A DNA stretch of 64,000 nucleotides from NCBI GenBank assembly GCA_050916045.1, contig CP051526.1, positions 192,001-256,000 on the forward strand, given 5' to 3'. Positions 16,664 through 26,814 of the stretch are shown piece after piece. Source of the stretch: Tepidisphaera sp. GTDB lineage: Bacteria; Planctomycetota; Phycisphaerae; Phycisphaerales; UBA1924. Numbering within the stretch: the stretch's first letter is position 1; every line of letters begins with the position of its first letter. The position numbers were made by a program, and so were the translations under genes. Below the pieces are notes generated by a model. The model searched no databases, was not told where the DNA came from, and saw only the letters and a program-made list of their open reading frames with translations.

Positions 16664-18574
16664 ATGGATCGGCGTCTGCTGCAGTACTACGAGCGTGAAC
16701 TTCACCACGTGCGGGGCACGGCGGGAGAGTTCGCCCGCGAGTTTCCCAAGGTCGCAGGCCGTCTGGCGCTGGATGAGTTCGCGTGCGCCGACCCGTACGT
16801 CGAGCGTCTTCTCGAGGGTTTCGCGTTTCTCGCCGCCCGCGTGCAACTGAAGATCGACGCGGAGTTTCCCCGGTTCACGCAGGGCCTTCTCGAAACGGTC
16901 TTCCCGCACTACCTCGCGCCCATCCCCTCGATGGCGGTGGTGCAGTTCCAGCCGGACATGTCCGAAGCCGGCCTCGCCCAAGGCATCCGCGTCCCGCGGG
17001 GCACGGTGCTTCGCGGGGTGCACGCGCAGGGCACGGGCGACCGCACGCAGTGCGAGTATCGGACGGCGCACGAGCTTCGGCTTTATCCGATCCGCGTGAA
17101 GGACGCGAGGTACTTCGCTCGCGACATGGGCGTGCTCGAGGTGCCCCCCGCGGCGATGACAGGCCGCGACGCGGCGAAATCCGCGATCCGGGTCACGCTC
17201 GAGTCATCCTCGGCCGTTCCATTCGGCAAGATGGACCTCGACGCGCTGACGTTCTTCCTCCGCGGCGAGGGAGCACATCCGCAGCGGCTTCTCGAAAAGC
17301 TCCTGGGTCACTGCCGGGGCGTTCTGGTTCGAGCGGCGTCAGCGAGCACCCGTGAGCGGAGCGAAACGTCGTGGACGATGATCGAGCCCGAGCGTCTCCG
17401 CCGCGTGGGCTTTGAGGAGCGGCAGGCTCTTCTGCCCTTCGACGCCCGCAGCTTTCAAGGCTATCGGCTGCTCGCGGAGTACTTCGCGTTCCCGCAGCGG
17501 TTCCAGTTCCTGGATGTCGGCGATCTGCGTCGGGCCGTCGCGGGGGTGAAGAGCAACCAGCTCGAGCTCGTCTTCCTTCTCGACGATGACGACATCGAGC
17601 TTGAGGGAGCGGTCGAGCCCACGAACTTCGAGCTTCATTGCACTCCCGCGGTCAACCTGTTCCCCAAGCGTGCCGACCGCATCCTCATCACGCAGAAGTC
17701 AAGCGAGTTTCACGTCATCGTCGACCGGACGCGTCCGACCGACTTTGAGGTCTATGGCATCACGAGCGTCACCGGGTTCGGCTCGCGCACCGGCGAGGAA
17801 ACGATCTTCAGGCCGCTCTTTTCCGTCAGCTCCGAGGATGACCAAGGTGCGAGCGGCGCCGCGTACTACATCGCGAGCCGCGTCCCCCGAGTGCTTAGCG
17901 CCCGCGAGCGCGAACGCGGCGCCCGCTCGAGCTACGCCGGCAGCGAGGTCTCCCTGTCGATCGTCGATGGCAACGCGGTGCCCTACAGCGTCGATCTCAA
18001 GCAGCTTGGCGTGGAGGTGATGTGCACCAACCGCGACCTGCCGCTTCAGATGCCCCTGGGCAAGGGGCGGACCGACTTCACGCTCGAGATCGGCCTGCCG
18101 GTCACGGCGACGCGGGTGGTCGCGGGCCCGACGCGTCCGCGTGCGAGCGTGGCCGAGGGAGAGACGGCGTGGCGGCTCATCAGCCACCAGTCGCTGAACT
18201 ACCTGTCGCTTCTGGACACCGACGAGCGCGGCGGGGCGGCGGCCCTTCGCGATCTGCTCGCGCTGTACGCCGACCAGACCGACACCGTGCTTCGCAAGCA
18301 GGTCGACGGGGTGCGGAGCGTGGTCGCCAAGCCGGTGATGCGTCGGGTGCCGACGCCGGGGCCGATCAGCTTTGCCCGCGGGCTTGAGGTCACGGTGACG
18401 CTTGAGGAACGCGGGTTTGAAGGGACGGGCGTGTTCGTCTTCGGAGCCGTGCTGGAGCAGTTCCTGGCGCGGTACGTGGGGATCAACAGCTTCACGGAGA
18501 TGGTGGTTCGGACGGTGGAACGCGGAGAGGTGATGCGATGGCCGGTCAGGATCGGTCGACGCCCGACGGTGTGA
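16664..18574 (+). CDS. tssF: T6SS baseplate subunit TssF
   Basis: YYERELH, DPYVERLLEGFAFL, GYRLLAEYFAFP, CTPAVNLF, CTNRDLP, INSFT motifs; ATG 16664 after GGAGG. Confidence 0.97.
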   Translation: MDRRLLQYYERELHHVRGTAGEFAREFPKVAGRLALDEFACADPYVERLLEGFAFLAARVQLKIDAEFPRFTQGLLETVFPHYLAPIPSMAVVQFQPDMSEAGLAQGIRVPRGTVLRGVHAQGTGDRTQCEYRTAHELRLYPIRVKDARYFARDMGVLEVPPAAMTGRDAAKSAIRVTLESSSAVPFGKMDLDALTFFLRGEGAHPQRLLEKLLGHCRGVLVRAASASTRERSETSWTMIEPERLRRVGFEERQALLPFDARSFQGYRLLAEYFAFPQRFQFLDVGDLRRAVAGVKSNQLELVFLLDDDDIELEGAVEPTNFELHCTPAVNLFPKRADRILITQKSSEFHVIVDRTRPTDFEVYGITSVTGFGSRTGEETIFRPLFSVSSEDDQGASGAAYYIASRVPRVLSARERERGARSSYAGSEVSLSIVDGNAVPYSVDLKQLGVEVMCTNRDLPLQMPLGKGRTDFTLEIGLPVTATRVVAGPTRPRASVAEGETAWRLISHQSLNYLSLLDTDERGGAAALRDLLALYADQTDTVLRKQVDGVRSVVAKPVMRRVPTPGPISFARGLEVTVTLEERGFEGTGVFVFGAVLEQFLARYVGINSFTEMVVRTVERGEVMRWPVRIGRRPTV

Positions 18575-19725
18575 AGGGCGCGGCTTCCAAGTCGGATGAT
18601 CTGTCGTCGCTCATGGAAAAGAGCGGGGAGTCGTCGCGCGACCATGAGATCGACCACCACAAGCGTGCCCGGGCTCAGGCCGAGGGCGACCTTCTCGACC
18701 TGCTCAGGCGCGTGGGGGAGACGCCGTGGGAGTTTGATTTTTTCGAACTGATGCGCCGCGTGGAGGCGCTCGCGGCCGTGGCGCAGGGCGCGCCGGGGCT
18801 TGGCAGGTCGTCCCGTTCGCGTGAGGATCCGGTCCGATTCGGGCAGGATCCGTCCCTCGCGTTCGCACCACGGGCGATCTCGAGCGCCAAGACGAGAGCG
18901 GGCATCACGCGGGTCGCGGTGAACTTCATGGGGCTGCTGGGGCCTCAGGGCCCGATGCCGCTCCACTTCGCGGATTACGTCCGGTCCCGCGAGCTTCATC
19001 ATCAGGATCCGACCTGGGCGAGGTTTCTGGACGTCTTCAACAACCGGATGGTCGCGCTGTTGTACCGCGCGTGGGCGATGAACCGCCCGATGGTCTCCCG
19101 GGATGCGACCGCCAACGGGCAGATCGATCGTGACCGGTTCGCCGCGTATGTCGGCAGCTTTTTCGGTCTCGGAACGCCCAGCGTGTGGAACCGCGACGCG
19201 GTCGCCGATGACGCCAAGCGTTTCTTCGCCGGCCGGCTTGCGAACCAGACGCGGAGCCCCGAAGCTCTGGCTTCGATTTTGCGAGAGTTCTTCGGCGCGC
19301 CGGTCGAGATCGAGGAGTTCGTCGGCCGCTGGAGCGAGCTTCCCGAACAGTACCTGACTCGGCTTGGCCGCAAGGGCGTCTCGACCATCGCGTGCGGCTC
19401 CGGCGGGCGAGCGGCCGGCACGGCGATCCTCGGCGGACGCGTCTGGGAGTGTCAGAGCACGGTGCGGATCACCATCGGACCGCTGCCGTGGAAAGCCTAC
19501 GAACAGATTCTCCCGGGGAGCAAGGGGTACGAGCAACTGGTCTCGTGGATCTCGATGTTCGGCGGGATCGAACTCGGCTGGGAGGTCGTGCTGGTGCTCG
19601 ACCGGCGCGAGGTGCCGCTCCCGCGGCTCGGCGGCGGTGGCGGCGTGAGGCTCGGTTACAGTGCGTGGATGTCCAGGACCAAGCCGGAGCAGGACCCGGC
19701 GGATGTAGTGCTCCGCAGCCGCTAA
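18538..19725 (+). CDS. tssG: T6SS baseplate subunit TssG
   Basis: VRFGQDPSLAF, FMGLLGPQGPMPL, FLDVFNNRM..LLYRAW, IEEFVGRW motifs; 37-nt overlap with tssF. Confidence 0.95.
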   Translation: MAGQDRSTPDGVKGAASKSDDLSSLMEKSGESSRDHEIDHHKRARAQAEGDLLDLLRRVGETPWEFDFFELMRRVEALAAVAQGAPGLGRSSRSREDPVRFGQDPSLAFAPRAISSAKTRAGITRVAVNFMGLLGPQGPMPLHFADYVRSRELHHQDPTWARFLDVFNNRMVALLYRAWAMNRPMVSRDATANGQIDRDRFAAYVGSFFGLGTPSVWNRDAVADDAKRFFAGRLANQTRSPEALASILREFFGAPVEIEEFVGRWSELPEQYLTRLGRKGVSTIACGSGGRAAGTAILGGRVWECQSTVRITIGPLPWKAYEQILPGSKGYEQLVSWISMFGGIELGWEVVLVLDRREVPLPRLGGGGGVRLGYSAWMSRTKPEQDPADVVLRSR

Positions 19726-19752
19726 AGCGGCGAGCGAAAGGTTGAGACGAAT

Positions 19753-22467
19753 ATGGGTGATATCAGCAGAACGGCGCTCTTCGGCAAACTCAACAACCTC
19801 GGGTACAAAGCTCTCGAAGGCTCGACCGTCTTCGCCAAGCTCCGCGGCAATCCGTACGTCGAACTCACGCACTGGCTCCACCAGATCGTGCAGAACCAGG
19901 ACAGCGATCTGCATCGCATCGTCCGCCGGTTCGAGATCAATCCGAGCAAGCTCGCGGCGGACATGCAGACGGCGCTCGATCGGATGGCTCGCGGCTCGGA
20001 CGGCATCCGCGACATCTCGATGACGCTCCAGGACAGCGTCGAGAAGGGCTGGCTCTACGCTTCGCTCCAGTTCCGCGAGTTCCAGGTGCGAACGGGCCAC
20101 GTGATCTACGCGTGCCGCAAGACGCCCGAGCTTGAGAAAGCCCTCTTTGCCGTCAGCCGCGAGTTCGAGAAGTTCAACGCCGACGTCTTCGCCAAGGACT
20201 ATCTCAAGATCGTCGGCGAATCCCCCGAGCATGGCATGTCGGCGAGCGATGGCACCGGCGTCGGGGCCGGCGCGGGTGGCGGACCGGGCGAAGCAAGCGG
20301 CGCGATGGCTCCCGCCGTCATGGGCAAACAGGAAGCCCTCGAGAAGTACACCAAGGACCTCACCGAAGCCGCTCGCAAGGGCGAGATCGACCCCATCGTC
20401 GGCCGCGACGATGAGATTCGCCAGTGCGTCGACATCCTCATGCGCCGCCGCCAGAACAATCCGATCCTCGTCGGTGAGCCCGGCGTTGGCAAGACCGCGG
20501 TGGTGGAGGGGTTCGCGGGCCGCATCGCACGTGGCGACGTTCCGCCTGCGCTCAAGGATGTCTCCGTCCGCGAGCTTCGCATGTCCGACCTTCAGGCCGG
20601 CGCGAGCATGAAAGGCGAGTTCGAGAATCGCCTCAAGCAGGTCATCGAGGAGGTCCAGCAGAGCCCCAAGCCGATCATCCTCTTCATCGACGAAGCCCAC
20701 ACGCTCATCGGCGCCGGCGGTGCCGCCGGCCAGAACGATGCCGCCAACCTTCTCAAGCCCGCCCTTGCCCGAGGCACGCTCCGAACCATCGCGGCGACCA
20801 CCTGGGCCGAGTACAAGAAGTACTTCGAGAAGGACGCTGCGCTCACCCGCCGATTCCAGACCGTCAAGGTCGATGAGCCCGACGAGAAGAAAGCCATCCT
20901 CATGATGCGCGGCGTCACCGGCATGTTCGAGAAGCACCATCGCGTGCACATCCTCGATGAAGCCCTCGAATCCGCCGTCAAGCTCAGCTACCGGTATATC
21001 CCCGCCCGCCAGCTTCCCGACAAGAGCGTCAGCCTGATCGACACCGCCGCCGCCCGCGTCGCCGTCAGCCAGCACGCCGTCCCCGCCGAGCTCGACGACT
21101 GCATCAAGCGGATCGAAAGCCTCGAGGTCGAGCAGTCCATCATCGAGAAGGAAGCCGTCATCGGCCTCGAACACGGCGAACGCAAAGCCGAGATCGACGC
21201 CGAACTCGTCAAGGAACGCCAACGCCGCGCCGATCTCGACGAACGTTGGAAGAAAGAGAAGGCTCTCGTCCAATCCATCATCGCCGCTCAGAAGAAGCTC
21301 AAGGGTGAGGATGCTCTCCAAGCCGCGGGCCAACTCGCGCCCGGAGCCGAGAAAGCCGCTCCGCTCACCGATGCCGAACGTGCCACGCTTGTCGCCGAGC
21401 TCGCCAAGCTCAAGGGCGAACTTACCACGCTGCAGGGCGAAAGTCCGTTGATCCTGCCGAACGTCGACGCGCAGGCGATCGCCGCCGTCGTCGCGGACTG
21501 GACCGGCGTCCCCGTTGGCAAGATGGTCAAGGACGAGATGCAGTCGGTGATGAAGCTCGCGGACACGCTCAGCGAGCGCGTGATCGGCCAGCGCCACGGC
21601 CTTGAGACCATCGCGAACACGATCCGCCTCAGCCGCACCGGCCTCAACAACCCCACACGGCCCATCGGCGTGTTCATGCTGGTCGGGACGAGCGGCGTCG
21701 GAAAGACCGAGACCGCGCTCGCCCTCGCCGACACGCTTTACGGCGGTGAGGACAACCTCATCACGATCAACATGAGCGAGTTCCAGGAAGCCCACACAGT
21801 CTCGACGCTCAAGGGCGCCCCCCCCGGGTACGTCGGGTACGGCGAGGGCGGCGTGCTGACCGAAGCCGTGCGCCGCCGGCCCTACTCGGTCGTCCTGCTC
21901 GACGAAGTCGAGAAAGCCCACCCCGACGTCCATGAGATCTTCTTCCAGGTCTTCGACAAGGGCATCATGGAGGACGGCGAGGGCCGCGTGATCGACTTCA
22001 AGAACACGATCATCCTCCTCACCAGCAACGCCGGCAGCGACCTGCTGATGAGCATGTGCAAGGACCCGACCCTCATGCCGTCGGTCGAGGGCCTGCAGAA
22101 AGCGATGCGCGAGCCGTTGCTCAAGGTCTTCCCCGCCGCACTTCTCGGACGTCTGGTCGTCGTTCCCTACTACCCCATCTCCGACGAGATGCTGACCGCG
22201 ATCATCAAACTCCAGCTCCGCAAGATCCAGAAACGCGTCGCGACCAACCACAAAGCCGAGCTCACCTACTCCGACGAGGTCGTCCGCCTCGTCGCCGAAC
22301 GCTGCACCGAGGTCGAAAGCGGAGCCCGCGCGGTCGACGCGATCCTCACCCAGAAAATGCTCCCGGAGATGAGCCGCGAGTTCCTCAACCGCATGATCGA
22401 AGGCCGGGCGATCAGCAAGGTGCGGATCGGGGTCAAGGATTCGGAGTTCGTGTACTCCTTCGACTGA
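19753..22467 (+). CDS. tssH: T6SS ATPase ClpV (TssH)
   Basis: RRRQNNPILVGEPGVGKT, IDEAH, GTSGVGKTE, GYVGYGEGGVLTEAVRR; ClpV-type N-terminus YVELTHWL. Confidence 0.97.
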   Translation: MGDISRTALFGKLNNLGYKALEGSTVFAKLRGNPYVELTHWLHQIVQNQDSDLHRIVRRFEINPSKLAADMQTALDRMARGSDGIRDISMTLQDSVEKGWLYASLQFREFQVRTGHVIYACRKTPELEKALFAVSREFEKFNADVFAKDYLKIVGESPEHGMSASDGTGVGAGAGGGPGEASGAMAPAVMGKQEALEKYTKDLTEAARKGEIDPIVGRDDEIRQCVDILMRRRQNNPILVGEPGVGKTAVVEGFAGRIARGDVPPALKDVSVRELRMSDLQAGASMKGEFENRLKQVIEEVQQSPKPIILFIDEAHTLIGAGGAAGQNDAANLLKPALARGTLRTIAATTWAEYKKYFEKDAALTRRFQTVKVDEPDEKKAILMMRGVTGMFEKHHRVHILDEALESAVKLSYRYIPARQLPDKSVSLIDTAAARVAVSQHAVPAELDDCIKRIESLEVEQSIIEKEAVIGLEHGERKAEIDAELVKERQRRADLDERWKKEKALVQSIIAAQKKLKGEDALQAAGQLAPGAEKAAPLTDAERATLVAELAKLKGELTTLQGESPLILPNVDAQAIAAVVADWTGVPVGKMVKDEMQSVMKLADTLSERVIGQRHGLETIANTIRLSRTGLNNPTRPIGVFMLVGTSGVGKTETALALADTLYGGEDNLITINMSEFQEAHTVSTLKGAPPGYVGYGEGGVLTEAVRRRPYSVVLLDEVEKAHPDVHEIFFQVFDKGIMEDGEGRVIDFKNTIILLTSNAGSDLLMSMCKDPTLMPSVEGLQKAMREPLLKVFPAALLGRLVVVPYYPISDEMLTAIIKLQLRKIQKRVATNHKAELTYSDEVVRLVAERCTEVESGARAVDAILTQKMLPEMSREFLNRMIEGRAISKVRIGVKDSEFVYSFD

Positions 22468-22618
22468 CCCCGTCTCCGTCCGGCGCAGGGCTTCGGGCGG
22501 AGGTCCTATCTTGGGTTGGTGTCGGTCGGAAGGTTGGTGCGATGGTGTTCCAGGGGTCCGGACCGACGAAGGTCGGTCGATGTACGGTCCCCGTTGGCTC
22601 GACAGAGCGGAGTGATTC

Positions 22619-24688
22619 ATGCCACGAACGCAAGCGAATCGATTTGTGGCCATCAAGACGGCGCTGGACGCCGATGTGCTTCTCATCCGGTCCATGTCCG
22701 TCACGGAGGAGCTTGGCAAGCCCTTCGAGATCACCGCGGAGCTTCTCAGCGAGGACCGCCAGATCGACTTCAACCTCGTCATCGCCAAGCCCTGTGCGAT
22801 CCGGATGGAACTCGGCAATGGACAGACGCGCTATTTCCACGGCATCGTCGCGGAGTTCAGCCAGGGCGGGCTTGTGGGTGAACTTGCGTCATACCGCGCG
22901 GTGATCGTCCCCTGGACCTGGCTTCTCACCAAGACCTCGCATTGCCGCACGTTCCAGGAGATCAAGCGGCCCGATGTCGTCCAGAACGTCCTCAAGGAAC
23001 AGGGCTCGGACATTGAGCTTCGCCTCTCGGAGACGTACGAGAAGTCCGAGTTCATCGTCCAGTATCGCGAGACGAACCACAACTTCGTCAGTCGCCTCCT
23101 TGAGCACGAGGGCATCAGCTACTTCTTCACCCACACCGACACCAAGCACACGATCGTCCTCGCCGACAGCCCCGCCGCGTACGAGCCTTTCGAGGGGTAT
23201 GAGAAGATCCGCTTCTCTTCGGAGGGATTCGATCGCGCCGATGAGCAGCAGGGCATCCGCACGCTCAGCATCAAGCAGGTCGTCACTCCGGCTCGTGTGA
23301 CTCTCAAGGACTTTGACCCCTTGGTGCCGAAGAAGGATCTGACCAAGCGGCGCGAGAAGGGTTGGGACCAAACCGCCGTCGGCGAGATCTTCGACTTTCC
23401 GGGCGAGTACACGGTCGCCAGCGAGGGCGAAGCGGTTGCACAGCGGCGGCTTCAGGAACTCCAGACCGCCCGCCATGTCATCTCCGGTACCGGCAACGCC
23501 CGGGGCATCGCGGTCGGACACACGTTCGAGATCGAAGCTCCGCCGCGTGAGGATCTCGCGGGCAAGAAATGGCTCGTCACCAACGCCAGCTACGAGATCA
23601 TCGTCGACGACTACGGGGCCGCCAAGGGCGGGTCCGGCGGCGCCTCCTTCTCAGTCTCGTTCTCTGCGATCGAGTCCTCTGTGCCTTTCAGGCCCGAACG
23701 CGTCACGCCAAGCCCGATCATCTCCGGACCTCAAACCGCGATCGTCGTCGGACGAAACGGCGAAGAGATTACCACCGATGAGCACGGTCGCGTCAAGGTG
23801 CTCTTCCATTGGGACCGGTTCGCCTCGGGCGACGAAAACTCTTCGTGCTGGGTCCGTGTTTCCCAAGCCTGGGCCGGGAAGTCCTGGGGTGCGATGTTCC
23901 TGCCGAGGCACGGTCACGAAGTGATCGTCGAGTTTATCGAGGGCGACCCCGACCGCCCGATCATCACCGGGCGGGTCTACAACGGGGACAACGCGCCGCC
24001 CTGGGAGTTGCCAGCAAAGAAGGAGATTTCCGGCTTCTTCTCCAACTCGAGCAAGGGCGGCGAAGGCGCGAACAAGATTCTCATTGACGATACGAAAGGG
24101 GCCGAACGCCTCGGACTTCGTGCTGAAAAGGACATGATGATCCAGGTGCTCAACAACAGGCACGCTGGCATCGCGGAGTACGACGACCTGACTGCCAAGA
24201 ACGTGCGATGGCTGATCAAAGACACACTTCAGTTCGAGATCAACAAGGACGAGGTTCGTCTGATCCACGGAGAGTGCGGGTTCGCGATCGACAAAGACTA
24301 CAAGGGCTGGGTCGACGGCAAGCAATCCATGACGGTCAAAGGCGACGTCGCGATCAAGAGTGAGAAGAACCACGCGATCGAGGTCGCCGAGCAGTTTCAC
24401 GTGAAAGCCAAGGAGATCATTCTCGAAGCCTCCGCCAACCTCACCATCAAGGTTGGCTCGACCACCATCGCCATCGAGCCCGGAGGCGTCGCCATCGACG
24501 CCAAGGGCGATGTCACCGTCAAGACTTCCGGGAACTGCAAGGTGGAAGCAACCCAGAACGTCGAAGTCAAAGGCACAGCCGCGTTCAAGGCCGAGGGCGC
24601 CGAGGCTTCCGTCAAGGGCACCGGCAAAGCGTCGCTCGAAGCGTCCGGCCAGACCGTCGTCAAGGGCGGCATGGTGATGATCAACTAG
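22619..24688 (+). CDS. vgrG: T6SS spike protein VgrG (TssI)
   Basis: VQYRETNHNFVSRLLEHEGI, GPQTAIVVG, GRVKVLFHW, WVRVSQAWAG, GDPDRP; gp5-like C-terminal repeats; no effector extension. Confidence 0.97.
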   Translation: MPRTQANRFVAIKTALDADVLLIRSMSVTEELGKPFEITAELLSEDRQIDFNLVIAKPCAIRMELGNGQTRYFHGIVAEFSQGGLVGELASYRAVIVPWTWLLTKTSHCRTFQEIKRPDVVQNVLKEQGSDIELRLSETYEKSEFIVQYRETNHNFVSRLLEHEGISYFFTHTDTKHTIVLADSPAAYEPFEGYEKIRFSSEGFDRADEQQGIRTLSIKQVVTPARVTLKDFDPLVPKKDLTKRREKGWDQTAVGEIFDFPGEYTVASEGEAVAQRRLQELQTARHVISGTGNARGIAVGHTFEIEAPPREDLAGKKWLVTNASYEIIVDDYGAAKGGSGGASFSVSFSAIESSVPFRPERVTPSPIISGPQTAIVVGRNGEEITTDEHGRVKVLFHWDRFASGDENSSCWVRVSQAWAGKSWGAMFLPRHGHEVIVEFIEGDPDRPIITGRVYNGDNAPPWELPAKKEISGFFSNSSKGGEGANKILIDDTKGAERLGLRAEKDMMIQVLNNRHAGIAEYDDLTAKNVRWLIKDTLQFEINKDEVRLIHGECGFAIDKDYKGWVDGKQSMTVKGDVAIKSEKNHAIEVAEQFHVKAKEIILEASANLTIKVGSTTIAIEPGGVAIDAKGDVTVKTSGNCKVEATQNVEVKGTAAFKAEGAEASVKGTGKASLEASGQTVVKGGMVMIN

Positions 24689-24710
24689 TTCCAGAACAGG
24701 GAGATTCGCC

Positions 24711-26039
24711 ATGGGAGCAAGCCCACGATCAGGAAAGGGAGCCTCGCCCGACGCGCCGGCCGCTCCCGCTGCGCCAGAGGAGCGCGAGCTTGACGGCTCC
24801 GGCGAGGTCTCCGAAGCCGCCGCAAACCCCGCTACGCTCGAAACCGGCGAGGTCGGCGCGGAAACCGTCGAGCCCCTTCCCCCGCCGGAAGAACCCGCCG
24901 CCGAGGAAGAGCCGCCCATCCCCACGCTCACCGTGCGGTGGAGCAAAGCCCGCGTCCCCCCGGTCTACAACAAGAACTTCCGCCCCACGACTCCGCCCAC
25001 CGACGAGATCCCCGATGAGTGCAAGGTCGAGATGATCGCGGACACCACCGACGTCCCCGACGGAACGACCGCATCCATCCAGGTCTATCAGTGCTGGTTC
25101 GACTACTCCGTCCCGGGCGCCTCGTTCCCCGACCTTGAGGTCCGCGGCGGCCGCGTCATCGACCCCGCCACCGGTGAGCGGCCCATCATGACCTTCACCC
25201 ACGACAACTACATCTACCAGCCGTGGGACAAAGATGTCTACTACTTCCGCTGCAACGTCGACTTTGAAGGCTTGGAAGCCGACACCCCCAGCGACGCCGA
25301 CACCCAGGAAGCCCAGTGCCTCCGCGTCATGTGGTTCCACATGTGCGCGGCCGACTCGATCGCGGACACGCCCGCCGGCGGCGGACTCACCACCAACGCC
25401 GAAGCCAACGAGATCAAGGGCATTATGGATGCCAAGCAGCACCATAAAGCCGCCAAGCACGCGTTCAACGCCCGAAACCCCCCGACCAACATCTGGGGCT
25501 CCTGGATCCGCAACACCTACTGCTACCACCACGCCAGCCACGGCGACATCGTCGACCGCACCACCGGTGCACAGCTCAACGCCGGCGCCGCCAACCCGCC
25601 CCGCAATCGCGTCGGTAACTGGCGAAGCGTCATCATCATCGGCAGCAAAGCCATCGGCGACGCCGAAGTCAGCGACACCGATGCTTGCCCCAGCGTGCCC
25701 AAGTACCTTGCATACCTCGACACCTGCGTCGCGGGCTGGGAGCCGAGCTTCGCCCACGCGTGGATCTCGCGCGGCACCCAGAACGTCATCGCGTTCCGGA
25801 TGTACATCCCCGACGGCGACGCCCGCGCGATGGCCCGAAGGTTCCACCGCAAGTGGATCGGCACGCACAACGGCGACCCGTCCAAGATCAACGAGACGTT
25901 CTTCGAGATCGGGTCGCGGTACTACTGGACGATGCGGCCCGTGCTCTTCGGGATGAACGGCGGCGAGATCATCCGCGGCGGCAAAGACCCCAACGTGCTT
26001 GCCGGCGCCATCGCCGAGGAACTGGGAGTCGACTGGTGA
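24711..26039 (+). CDS. Putative VgrG cargo effector with a C-terminal caspase-like (CHAT/clan CD) cysteine protease domain
   Basis: 22 nt after vgrG with GGGAG. YHHASHG (His277) and YLAYLDTC (Cys339), then FAHAWISRGTQNVIAF...IPDGDARAMARRFH, follow the CHAT layout. Confidence 0.65.
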   Translation: MGASPRSGKGASPDAPAAPAAPEERELDGSGEVSEAAANPATLETGEVGAETVEPLPPPEEPAAEEEPPIPTLTVRWSKARVPPVYNKNFRPTTPPTDEIPDECKVEMIADTTDVPDGTTASIQVYQCWFDYSVPGASFPDLEVRGGRVIDPATGERPIMTFTHDNYIYQPWDKDVYYFRCNVDFEGLEADTPSDADTQEAQCLRVMWFHMCAADSIADTPAGGGLTTNAEANEIKGIMDAKQHHKAAKHAFNARNPPTNIWGSWIRNTYCYHHASHGDIVDRTTGAQLNAGAANPPRNRVGNWRSVIIIGSKAIGDAEVSDTDACPSVPKYLAYLDTCVAGWEPSFAHAWISRGTQNVIAFRMYIPDGDARAMARRFHRKWIGTHNGDPSKINETFFEIGSRYYWTMRPVLFGMNGGEIIRGGKDPNVLAGAIAEELGVDW

Positions 26040-26518
26040 ACCACGATCTGATCAACGACCTCGAACTCCGCGGCAAAGCCGAGGCCGACTGCCGCGAAGC
26101 CGCCGCTCGCGTCTCGCCGAGCGAGTGCCGCGTCGACGTCGCCCTCGCCGCGACCGAGTGGGACCCCGACGACATGCGGTTCATCTTCGAGTTCGAAGCC
26201 AACCTCTGGCTCGCAGGCCCCGCTTTCGACGTCATCATCGACGACCTCGGACGCACCGTCGGCTACATCGACGAGAGCAAGTGGCGAGCGTGCTCGTGGA
26301 AGCCGCTGACCCGCGCTCGCGCCACCGAGATCGCCTCCGAGTCCGGATACGTCAGCAAAGCCGCCGCGATCATAGGGTTCGGCAAGGGCGAGAAGGGATG
26401 CCTCGAGGCACGGTTCCTCACCGACGCCCGCGACCCCGCTTCCAAGCGATACGTCGCCCGCATCAACCCCGTCCTAGAGAAGCTTATCTCGATCATGCCC
26501 GAGGAGGTCGAGCTGTGA
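26036..26518 (+). CDS. Hypothetical protein with PepSY-like motifs (candidate immunity/inhibitor)
   Basis: GTG overlaps the effector stop (GTGA). LTRARATEIA...YVARINPVLEKLISI resembles the PepSY helix and terminal hairpin. Confidence 0.55.
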   Translation: MNHDLINDLELRGKAEADCREAAARVSPSECRVDVALAATEWDPDDMRFIFEFEANLWLAGPAFDVIIDDLGRTVGYIDESKWRACSWKPLTRARATEIASESGYVSKAAAIIGFGKGEKGCLEARFLTDARDPASKRYVARINPVLEKLISIMPEEVEL

Positions 26519-26814
26519 CACCACGCGAAGCATCATCCATCGCCGAAGCCAAGCGGCCCGCCCACGGCGTACCGCCCGCGGCCGAAGCCTGCCCGCCCGA
26601 GCAGCGCTGGATCGAGCTCGACTCCCGAGACAAGGACGGTCACCGCCTCGTTCGCGATGCGCTGGTCTGGGTGGTGCGGTTCGTGCTCCCCGGGGCCTGG
26701 ATCGATCTTCTGATCGCCGACAGCGGTGGCGCTGTCGTCCGCGTCGACAAGTCGCGCGGCTACGTCCTCACCTACGACCGCCCCGCCGACGATCAGCAGG
26801 AGGTCGCCCCATGA
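26515..26814 (+). CDS. Small PepSY-like protein (candidate immunity/inhibitor)
   Basis: GAGGAGG then GTG overlapping the previous stop; MTPREASSIAE...LVWVVRF...WIDLLIADSGGAVV. Confidence 0.55.
   Translation: MTPREASSIAEAKRPAHGVPPAAEACPPEQRWIELDSRDKDGHRLVRDALVWVVRFVLPGAWIDLLIADSGGAVVRVDKSRGYVLTYDRPADDQQEVAP

Noticed and set aside
22468..22618. Hairpin GACCGAC-GAAG-GTCGGTC before vgrG as a terminator or riboswitch
   Set aside because: No U-tract and no known aptamer features.
24100..24688. Evolved VgrG with a C-terminal toxin
   Set aside because: The C-terminus consists of short gp5-like beta repeats ending VVKGGMVMIN, typical of a plain spike.
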